Assembly (NCBI GenBank): GCA_002633005.1
Contig: NMRA01000427.1
Coordinates: forward strand, 62,001-126,000
Source: Phoronis australis
Lineage: Eukaryota; Animalia; Phoronida
Reading direction: 5' to 3'
Length of the DNA stretch: 64,000 nucleotides
Made by a program: the position numbers and the translations under genes. Below, piece by piece: positions 1-10,900 of the stretch. Every line of letters starts with the position of its first letter. Positions within the stretch are counted from its first letter, which is position 1. Under the pieces are notes generated by a model. The model was given only the letters and a program-made list of their open reading frames with translations, was not told the DNA's origin and did not search any database.

Positions 1-253
1 TACATATTAAAAAGTACAAATCGGCGAGTGCTAGAGCCGCCAAATAGCAACCCGAAGAATGTCGCATCTTCTTCTGGATCCACACGACGAACGCTAAGAT
101 GTTGCCCGTAATACCTAGAACGTACCAAATGGGCGGAATTCCTTTGTCCAGCAACATTTTGGTTGGAGTGAAGCGTTTGTAAAGTTCTTCCTCCGTCCAG
201 AGCGGACGGGTTCTCGTGGCGTTAGCAACCACGTAGCCAAGCGTCGTCGCCAT
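1..253 (-). CDS. Class A (rhodopsin-like) GPCR, peptide-receptor-like (FMRFamide receptor/GPR139-142-like group); N-terminus, TM1 and TM2; runs off the window edge
   Basis: Manual translation from ATG at 253-251: MATTLGYVVANATRTRPLWTEEELYKRFTPTKMLLDKGIPPIWYVLGITGNILAFVVWIQKKMRHSSGCYLAALALADLYFLIC. Shows an N-glycosylation site NAT, TM1 GN motif, basic ICL1 and TM2 LAxAD motif, with an in-frame TAA four codons upstream. Not in the ORF track because the stop lies outside the window. Confidence 0.92.
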   Translation of the reverse strand, partial: MATTLGYVVANATRTRPLWTEEELYKRFTPTKMLLDKGIPPIWYVLGITGNILAFVVWIQKKMRHSSGCYLAALALADLYFLIC

Positions 254-503
254 ATTATAGGATTATGATTCTTTGCCTTTATACTGTAATGACGATGAAA
301 TCATTTTCTTGTAAGATTAACCATCTGTGAGTTGTGTTTCCTGTTCCTGAAATATAAGATGTGAAAGTTTGGATACATGTATCCTTGACCATTTGTTTTG
401 AGGATTTGAGAAAATTCACACTCGCTTTCATTTACGGTTATAACGAAGGGGTACATGTACTTGGACATTTCCTGTAGCACTCTGAAACACAAAAAAAAAA
501 TGT
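254..503 (-). promoter_or_regulatory. 5' UTR part of the GPCR coding exon with its splice acceptor (exon boundary at 481)
   Basis: Minus strand reads TTTTTTTTTTGTGTTTCAG|AGTG: polypyrimidine tract plus AG at 483-482, about 230 nt upstream of the ATG. Confidence 0.6.
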
Positions 504-3500
504 TTCTGTCGTCTGACTTCTCACCATTTCAACCAATAGCAAGCACATTAAATTTTGCGCATGAAAGATTTAATGACACACGACATAGTGCTTAATACTA
601 TAATTTACAAATCCTGTCAACAGTCCGTAGTCCAAAGCATCAATAATGGATGAATTTTTAATACTCATAAATCGACGATTCGGTAGGTTTTAATGATGAA
701 TCCGCATGGAAATGCTTAAGTAAAATGTTTCTTTTCAAACGACTGACGATGATTAGTTGGTTGTTGCTAATTACCCGTGTTCATTATTGTGCTTATACTC
801 TGAATGCTCTATTCTGTCCAGTATTTTCCATACTCGTATGAGGAATACCTTATGCAAAGCTATCCATTTTCTGATACATCTCTATTTTAGCAACCACTTT
901 ATAGTCGATGACGGGGACATGCCTCACTTGAAAACGTCATGTTTTCATAGTTTTAATGATGTAAACCAAAAATTAGGGAAGAACTAGTTCTTTACTAAGT
1001 CATGCACGCTCCTTTTTTCTCATATTCCTCGTGGAATTGAGAATGAACAGGTTCCATACGTAGACAGTAGTAATTGCAATGCAAGGAATTCCTGGCAATT
1101 TGGTACACGTCTTCGGAAATTTTGTCTTAACCGTGGGAAAACCTCGTTTAAGCATAACATGAACGATTTGGCAGCGCCTCAACCCAGTTTCTGAAACGTA
1201 CATGTTAACTAGTACGTTTCGGTACTGTTAAGAGTACTCTTAACGGAACACATGAGACTGAAATGACGATAAAGTGCTCACAACTGTGTGAGCTACACTG
1301 TACCGAGAACATCTCAAAAAGGAACTTCTAAGGAAGGGCCATTCCTTTGCTCTTTTTAAACCGTAAAGGAAAGTTTAACCAAAGACACATAGGAAAACGT
1401 CTTGAACTAGCCACCCGCTTCGGTGAAAATGATGTCCACTCCCACGCACATTATCACGACCGCCAGCAAATAACTTGATTTTAAACAATAAAGGCAACTT
1501 TCACGGAGTTGGTCAAACACGTCAATACCTATACAGTTCTTTTGAAGATAAAAACCAACTGTCGATCTCACAATGGAATCTTTAAGATAGGTCGGTGAGA
1601 GATTATCTCGTGGCATGAATAATTATTCTGTCCTCATTGTGAATCAAACGCACCTTTGATATTAGTAATTAAAGTCATCTTTCTAAAACAGCGAGCCGAA
1701 CTTCGCCCACCCACTCTGTAGCTCATTTTATGCACATCTTCGTTGTTCAAACCCGGTTGTATCATTGTAACATAAAAGCTCTAAGGATACACATCAAATG
1801 GTAAAGAATTGATTAGAAGTACTTAGATAGGTTTCTCTGCACGCCTTACCTCACTGAAATAATAAAATCAAACAATGTTTTTTTCTCATGTTTCATGGTT
1901 GCATTAAGTACTCATATGTTTTAAAGCTACGGATTTTTTACACTTCAGTTTTGTTTGAACCTCACTAGAAATCAACTGTTTTGTTTAGCTCTTATGTTTT
2001 ACGGTAGACGGGAGGCATACCAATATTAATGGAATCCTTACACGTGAGTTCGTTTATTCAATTCCTTGCGGCAAAACAGGAAGTACGCTTACTTTTTGTG
2101 GTTTTCATCACCTTCATCTTCATCACAACGAAACCGGGTAATCACGAGATTACGTTATAAAGAACAAAAGTACGAGTATATTATCGGCATTTTTCGGTCC
2201 CTTACATGTACATGTATGCATATTGCATATTGTACCAAAAGAAAATCATTCAGTACGGACAACTACTAGTTTCTGTAATGTCCGCAATGGAACTAGATAC
2301 GTATCAAAATGCCAAGCTTGTCCAGTATGTTTCCTCCTAATAGCTCCTTTATAGTTAGAACGTTGTTTTTGCGTCTGTCCTCAGTTAAGGTTATGCAGGA
2401 CCAGGTTGGCTAGTCTGTGTACATTTCGCCAAATATCTAGTACAAAACTGTAAAATTTAGTTCGGCAAAAGTAAGTATTTTCTGAAAGTAGCATGTCCGT
2501 AGAATTAGATTTTTGACCACTTTGCCGTTAGTATACTCACGTGAGCATACGAAAAAGCAAGTGACATGACGAAAAAATAAGACAAATAAAAAGACCAAAG
2601 TCTACATGGTATTAATTCTCAAGATTAAATCTCAAACCTGTTGTAACAGTTTTAAAAAATAAGTTTTAAAATTCCGTTCCGTTTTCGCTGAACGCAACAT
2701 TCATAGTCCTCCTTGCAGAAAGGTAGCCGTTTCGAGAGCAGAACAATATTTGAAAAATTCTTGTGAATCCGTTCAGCCACTTCAGCGAAATTATCTTCCG
2801 AAGTTTGTCAAAACCAAACATAGTTGTTGGGTGTTACACGTACTTACCAAAATACAAGATTATTTAAGGTAGGTGAAAAGCAAAAATGTCAATTCCTTGA
2901 ATTTCGATGGTCCTGAGCTGGAAGTGTATGGATGTCGCTTTACATATTGCTATATTTTGTATTGTAACGTGATGCACCAGCTTCATATCTTGCACACCAT
3001 AAACTCAATTTGTATCATCCAAAAACGTGACCATTTACAGTATGATACATGTAGGTCCAGATGTGTCCCAAACAGCCACCTTATGTACTGAACATTCCAT
3101 ATTGTATTGTCACTAAAACAACTTTCTAAGATTAGCCCCTGTAACTTGTTTTACAAAGTATTAGTGAAATTCAGAGAAAACATGTTTTCTAACAAAACGG
3201 TTTTGAGACCCTGATTGTGCTGTGAGTTTTACGATTGGTACAGCTATTGTGTCTTTATGTTTACGGTTTGTAATACTTGTCAACGGCGCAATTCACGTGT
3301 ATTATCACAGGACTCATGTAAACTCGGTAACAAAGCCGACTTGGAAATTACGTGCCCCTGTCAGTCAACGCAATGTGTTTGCATTTTTAAGACATCAACT
3401 TAAATGTTTACTTTCACAAGCCGTTTACACCAAAATATTGTTCCAGACAATCTGTGCAATCAAAAATCGATATTTGAAAACATGATCAACAATCTTTAAA

Positions 3501-6099
3501 CGGCAAAACAGTGATACTAAGCAACAAAATGGCAACCAGCATCGCTGGATAAAGACACAAGAGTTGAGCTGCCTCAGCGTACATGTATATCGATCGACGA
3601 AATAATTAAAACTTGATTTTCTGCTCGCAAACCTCCAAAACATACACATACATGTACATTGACATACAGTAACCCTTCAAGACCAGTTTCTGGATATTGC
3701 TTTTCATGGTGTAAGTCGAAACTGCGCTTCCTCATTTTCTAAACTACCAGCATTTCGATACGAGTTGTTACTTGTACATATACAGTATATGATGGTTGTT
3801 TCAGGCACTCAGGAACTACATTTGTATATTGCCGAGAGAGGGTGATACTGTCTCTTAACTAGGCCAGCAGAAGGCCGTCTACCGTTCACTAACGCTATGA
3901 CCTCGCTAAAAAGCAAGACTTCGCGAGATTACGTGAGATATTGCCGTGCTTTTTAAGTGAGGACACGTGACTTTGACTAGGGTCTACTGAACGCACGCCC
4001 GTTCTTCAGCTCAGCTGACGAGTATTGTTCAAAAGTTATATTTCGATTACTACACGCGAACTCGCTGCGAAGCGACCCAATGACGACAAAAATAGCATCA
4101 TGTGCGCTACCTCGGTTGTCACGCGAATTTGTCGCTGATAAAAAACGATATCGCGTGCGCTGCCCTTTAGACAAACAAATGGAAAATGTAAATCGCTGAC
4201 TCCCAAAAGCTTCTAGGAACGACATTCGCCTTAACCGTAATGTAGCATTTAATGTGGGTTTGTCTTTGATGGATAACATTTCGATAATTAAAAGAAATGT
4301 CACGGAATTGTAATAGCTGGATTGTGGTTTGTAATGCTTGGTCTTGCTTTTCAACCTCCCCTCTAAGGAAAAAGACTATAACATGACAGCCACTGTGGCG
4401 CCATAACTGATTTATGATTATTAATACCAATTAAAATTTTGAAAAAGTAATCTTAATGATTGCCGGATTAAATAACCATAAAACAATTCCCCGCGATTTA
4501 GTGCTGTCAATAAGTCTTGCAAACATGTTTTCATTTTCTGAGGTTGTAATCTCAAAAAAGAATGATGTTTTCGCTACTCGATTGGAATTAATGTCTTCGC
4601 TGAAAGTAATTTGTTTGCAAAGAAATTATGATGATGTTAAGTAGGTTTGACAAAAATAAAGTCGAATAAATTGCGCGAATTCAAAAAACAACAATGCTTT
4701 TAAAGAAGCTACAAGTCTGCTTTCCGGGGGGACAGTTTTATTAAGACATTTACTGCAATAAAACTGAAGTCTACGTGTTCCATACAGCACGTGACTCAGA
4801 AGCGATTTCTGGGTTCCAAAGAACTGGCAGATCGTAATTGGTTGACATCAAGATGACGTTATAAAACGACACGCCGTGGCAAAGGAAGTTATAGAGCTAG
4901 GTCTAAAGCAATAATGATCTATCAGATTTTTCGAACTCTAAAAACATCTCCAGTTAGATGAAACAAAAATTTGATAACGGAAAATGGTTCTAAATCAAAA
5001 TATTGTTTTTGTGATAGAAGGCGGTTTTATTTGCTGCGTAGGTAGGCGAAAATAGAGCGCCGTAAACGGTTTGTTTCCAGGGGTGCTAACCAGTTTCATG
5101 TAAGGAGAAAACAATTCGACCACAGGGGTTGGTTGCAATGGGTATAGTTGAGGGCTGGTAACTCTTAATTTAAACAGTTACAACAAAAAGAACACACCAC
5201 ACAACACAGCACTAAGCATCTAAAAGTTAGCAGGTCTATTTTACTTCTTTTCAGGAAGAACAAACATGAAGTCTGACAGAAACAAAGATATACAAAAAAT
5301 GGCATAATGGACACAGCACTTGATGGAACCTGTTCGAAACTGGTGGGTGTTATTATCTCCAAAGTGGAACGGACACTAGGGGTAGTGCAGTTGTCAAATA
5401 AGTCCAAAAATTGGCAGCACATTGCCTTCCCAAACCTCGTTGTCATTGGCACATGGCCTGCACCGTAAACATTTGATCCCGTCTCAGAGTGCAATAGCCT
5501 TTGCGGAAACCCGCCTGTGATTCACGAAGTTCATCATTTGCCTCAGCCCAGGTCTTAAACCGATTGTTCAAAAGTTTGGTGAATAGCTTTCCTACTGCTG
5601 ACAACAATGAAATTCCTCTACAATTGTTCTCATCTTCACTTACTTATTTCTACTATCCAAAATATTTTCTAGCATTTTCGATTGAAGCTCTTTTTCTTTT
5701 TCTTTGTATAACATGCGAAATTGTTTCTTATTTTCTTTGTATGCTGCCAATATTCCAGTGGAGGAGTCTCTCCGTAAAATATTCAGAGTGATCTATTAGG
5801 TTGTTTGCAGTTTGTAATTCTTTGTCCCACCGGGGGAGTTGTTTGCTCTGCCGTTTAGCGTAAACACGTTTATTTTTAAACATTGCCATCGATGTAGCAG
5901 TTTATACAGATTTGTAACAATGTTGAGCTTTCTATATGGCCACGAGCAATCTGTACAACTATTCGCTCTAGACTCTCTGAAAGGCAATTTGAAAACACTT
6001 CACGGAGTTCTACTACTCCGCTATCCCACTCCAGGCGAGTGTGCGATTGCCATGTTGATTGGCTAACGCTACAACGCCTGTCATACACACACTTACCTA

Positions 6100-6850
6100 C
6101 AACATTACAAAAAATAGGAAAATGATCAGACTCGTCAAATGTGTCTACACTAAATTCTGAAATATGTTGAAATAGACTAGTTGATACGATCAAATACATG
6201 TAGTCTACAGTGCTACAACCACCTGATGCGTGGCATGTAAACTCGTCCTGTTTATCACTATGACTCCTACCGTTAATAATATACTTGTTCAGGTTACAAC
6301 ACATCTGAATTAAAGTGCCTGGGCGAACAAAATGTGTCACTATCGTACTTATCTTGACACGGTAAGTAATCGGCACTGTCGTCCAATACATAGTCTTGCA
6401 GGTTTCCTGCTCTAGCATTTAGGTCACCCATGGTAACAAAATGATAATCACAAAACTTCTGAGACAAATTCCACAAATCCTGGCCAAGCAAGGTAACCCC
6501 ATTTTTCTCTGCGGAGTTTCCACACACTGGTGACCCTTCGGGGGCTATATAAATAAAGCAAATAACAACATCGTTGTCCGTCTTAAACAACCCTTGTCAC
6601 CCTTTAAGACTACACCGTGATCAACCTTCAAATGTCTAAAATATTTTCCTAATTCATGTTTCTTACAAATTTTCTTCTCTTTATGTTTTGAACATCAAAA
6701 CTTCCTTAGCCTGGTACACTAAACTGGTTTGGTTTATTTGCCCATGTTTCACTGACTGCTACTACATGATACCTACTGTAGATATAAATTCAAAAACCTC
6801 AGATTGTCCAATCCTTTTCGCGAGACCATGTGCAATCCAGCTCATCAAAG
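6100..6850 (-). pseudogene. LINE ORF2 apurinic-like endonuclease remnant
   Basis: SWxxHGL, ETW, YxxP, GDLNAR, VDY and SDH motifs in the expected order across ORFs 6294..6590 and 5876..6418 and upstream frames. Confidence 0.88.
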
Positions 6851-6889
6851 ATATGCCGTTCGTATACAGAGATGGGCCTAGGCCTCCAT

Positions 6890-7315
6890 CCTATCTGTTG
6901 CATTCAAACACTCTCTTGTTGCCGTCGTCGTACTGTACATATAAGTTTTCCTTTCGTGAATGACTTTGTCATATCGTATGCTTGCATTTTCCATGTCGTT
7001 TTGCTTCGAAAATTTATACAGTTCCTTTCTGGCATTATGCACTCTAACTGAAAAATCATCAGTCAAGTGGATGGCTGGCTTTTGTAGGTTTTTGCGTTTC
7101 TTCAAAACGTTGGTTGGTCTTGTCTTTACAAGACACCTTAGCAATGATCGGACGGGTCGTTCTGCTTATTTTCTTTTCCAATCTGTGTGCCCTCTCGACA
7201 TGGATGTCGATACCTAAGTGCTCTCTGGCAAGATTTACTACGAGAGCTTCAGACATTTAACACGGTTCATTGTTTTCTTCTTTCAAGCCATGGCCGATTA
7301 CGTTATCACGCCTGG
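6890..7315 (-). pseudogene. LINE ORF1 C-terminal remnant (Transposase_22/L1-ORF1-like RRM-CTD)
   Basis: ORF pieces 7059..7256 and 6878..7144 carry ERAHRL..RPIIAK and LTDDFS..RKEL motifs. Confidence 0.8.
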
Positions 7316-7951
7316 ACCAAAATCGGCAGCACATTGCCTTCCCAAACCCCGGTGTCATTGGAAGTCGTCAATTGCTTTTCTGGATATCATCCGGAAACTC
7401 TTGATCTCCCAATAGTACCGAGTACTCCCGTCCCTGGCCTCGAATAGGGGCAGACAGAAAAGTGTCATGCACCAACCTAGTGACGCCCTTCACCCATTGC
7501 CATATTTCCCCAAAATGAGAAAAAGGGGCTTTCGCGCTTCTCAGCAGACAACTGGACAACAGGACAACCAGACAAAACGGCCGCTAGTGGGGTTCTGTAC
7601 AATATACTAGACGAATCCGCCAAGCAATTGACAGGTCGCGGCATATTATAGAAACATAAATCTGAGTCATGTACAGCGAAATCCATCAATGGGCTTTCTA
7701 CAACCATCTCGAAACGTTCTTTCCCTAATCTCCGTAAAAAAACAGTTATATTGGAGCGTCAGTGATTGGGACTGTTAACGGAGTGATACTGACGACGTCG
7801 TCATTTTGTGGGATTGGTGAATGCCTCCATGTACAAGGATGGGAGTGTAGGCGTTTTATCCACTGTCTTACAACGACTTGAAAAACTCTCGACTAATTAC
7901 GGCTGAGGTCATTGTATCAGTACGCAAAAAACGAACACAAACACACACGCA

Positions 7952-7953
<2 letters not shown>

Positions 7954-7983
<30 letters not shown>
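7954..7983. repeat. (CA)n microsatellite
   Basis: About 15 uninterrupted CA units. Confidence 0.97.
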
Positions 7984-7985
<2 letters not shown>

Positions 7986-10900
7986 TTAGAAGCCCTTATA
8001 TGTAAATCGCGGCGTCTCGGTTTATTTTAGAGATCATTCCAACCGTTAGCCGCTTTAAAGGCTTGTTTATATTACTCGGCTATCATTTTACTGTTTGATA
8101 TCCTTGTTATTGAAGCTGGCTAATGGGTGCTAACTACTTTTAAGGACCTCAATAATGACAACGCAAGCACAGCACAGCCTGGTGAAATAAACAACTTCAG
8201 ACCGTTATTAAGAATAAAGCTGATCGTAATAGGTTTCGTCTGCAATTTCGTGCACATGAACTTCGGCCACACTGACAGAGACTTCCACTTTTTAAAAGTG
8301 TCCCCCCCAAAAATATTGAGTCGCATAATTCAGATACTGGCTTCGCTCACGGTATAGTGAGACTGTACTTTGAGGGGTGTGTATTTGGAAAATTTTGATA
8401 TTCCTCCCTGTCATAGAGGCGGTAAAGCTATGAAACTGAACTTTTATGGAGACTTCCCCTTTCGTTGGCAGTTTTGAATGGAAACGGCACACTGTCGTAT
8501 GGGAACCTGGCCGTGGAAAAGCAATCCCTAAATGCCTCAATGTAAGTAGCCAACATCTACACGCTTAAAGCTCCGCACACTCGACTTCAGTCAATCCTCC
8601 GGACATAAACGCCCTTGTCCTCCTCATTAGCAACACTCATAACCACGAGAGAGAACTAAATATTGTATCTAGTTATTTTACGCATTTGTCTAAAAAACGG
8701 CTATGTTTGCATCTAAAAGAATAAAATATAGCAACTAACGATATTTCACCCAAACATCGCTACTCTTCAATAGAGGTCATTTGTGAAACTCGAACATAAG
8801 CATGACGTCAATTACACCTCTTTGAGTCAGCCATACCCTGTCAGAGCCAGTGATGGGGAATGAGTAAAAATTCACCCCGTGAGAAAAGATCAGTAGTCAC
8901 AAGAGAACAGTGCACCAGAATTTGAGGGTGTAGATTGGCTACAACGCATATGCTGAAACTTGAAAACAAAGCCTGTAAAAAGCCATGTGTCTAACGGTTG
9001 ACTGAACTTAGTAACTGATGATGATGATGAAGTATATCGTGAAAAATAATTATTAAATCTAACCAGATTAAATTCTTTAACATGTCAAGCTTGTGACTTT
9101 AGTTCACTTAATTTACCGCTGTAGAAATGTAACTTAATCCAGTCAACTCAAATAAGATTTGCTGTATAGAATCAAACCGTGGCACTGGCGTCTACACGTC
9201 CTGTATGTACATGTAGGCATGCTGGGATCGTCATCGCCATTGACAAATGCAATTAAGAGATCTCATGTCCGTAAGACGATTTGCCTTGCACAGCAATCTA
9301 GCATTTATTTAATCTCTGGCATGAGGTGTTCTAGACAAATTATCGAATTATTTACAATTATGATAATTAAAATGCAATTAAGTTCAGATGATACGGTATA
9401 ATTTTGAATTGATTCATTGTTGCCCGTTTGATAGAAGCCAGCGGTCAGGCCTCAGGCTGTTACTAAGGAATCGTTATACATGTATACATGTACGCAGTTT
9501 TTCTTTTCGCTGTTGAATTGAATTAACGAAGCGTATTAAGTGTTCCAAATCTGCACGGTGAAGTCCAGTAAATAAAACTGTAGAAAAAAACAGCATACTC
9601 TCGCCGAAATTCAAACTGGGACCCAACATAACTGATTTCGAAAATTTTCGTACAGTGATAGTTAACATTACAGAAAATTAAAATTTAAAGTCACGAAGTG
9701 TCACACTGCAATGTCTGATTTGTTGATATTTTGCCCACACTTCTGCTTACTAAGACGACTCTTGTCCTACAAGTGTACGTTGCTGTTAGGGTATTCAGTA
9801 TATTATTGGAAAATTATTTTAGCATCCCTCATTCCCAAGTTTTCAATGTTCTTTTTTGCGCGGTGGTTTACAAAGGTCAAATCAAAATTGGCAAATCATA
9901 TGGGACGTGGAGTGTCTTTCTTTTCCTGTAAATATGAGCTTGAAATCTTTAGCGCCTTAGCATTCCCGAAATCGGAAGTCGGTTTGTTTCTTATCTGCGC
10001 ATTTGCAAAATTCAATCACAACAGCAAGTTATACGTGTCTCTCAAAATGGAGCATGCTTTCGAATGCGTGCGAATGCCCCGTGTTAGATAACAAACTTTA
10101 TTTACACATTGGATATTAGCGAGTATTGCTCCCAAGATTTTAGTAAGATTTCAAGAATATACCTTGCGGTCTATAGCGGTCACGCATCCATAATTTGTTA
10201 AAAACTTGCACTACTATAATTAAAAACTACATGTATACTCATCAATCACCGTAGATACACGTACAGTAAATTGATCACGAAAAACGTTGATCACCGACGG
10301 ACCAAGGTGGAGTGCAATCAGTGCTAAAATTACTACAATGCGTTGGTGCCTTACGCACGCCGTGGCATGATTTCGAAACGTGTAGTCAGGATGATGCTTA
10401 TACGCCAGAGATGCGAAGAGTAATGTTGTCGAAAGATGATGTATCTGGCTTTTCATTGGAACAAACTTCCTGAGGTCGAAATCGCTTTCCGTCAGTCAGT
10501 TGCTATAGGAACAATGTTGGTTCGCACATTACCTTGCAAATCATTCAAAAGAAAAAGACGCCCGGAAACAACAGAACAAGTCACCATAATCTTAACCCGT
10601 ACAATTTCGGACACTTCGCATAGGACAGGACCTGCACACTGATGCCCACATTCAGAAGTCTGGCGTTTTTTATCATCCTTGTATCTTGCACCGTGTCACT
10701 CCACCTGAGATGGCACTGCTAAAAAGTGTACCATGTTTATTTACATATACTTGCAGTAGATATCGTAGATCAATCATACTCTTGCTTCGGGCACCATAGA
10801 GCGACATGTGTGACGTAAATGTACAACTGCTACGGCGCTGTAACCTCGGAACATGACAATCATTTGAACAGTTTTTCACAAATTGTCGACAAAGTTTATC

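Larger units (their letters stand above)
5490..7315 (-). mobile_element. Decayed, internally deleted non-LTR retrotransposon (LINE with L1-type RRM ORF1 and APE-RT ORF2; clade not resolved)
   Basis: Collinear motifs on the minus strand: ORF1 SRRDNV..HGL..E, IHVERAHRL..RPIIAK, LTDDFS..V..ARKEL, IRYDKV; endonuclease SWIAHGL, VSETW, FIYIAP, MGDLNAR, INGR, VDY, SDHFP; RT start RGISLLSAVGKLFTKLLNNRFKTWAE..LRESQAGFRKG. Many frameshifts. Confidence 0.9.

Noticed and set aside
3977-4354. 125-aa minus-strand ORF
   Set aside because: No domain similarity; length is within chance expectation here.
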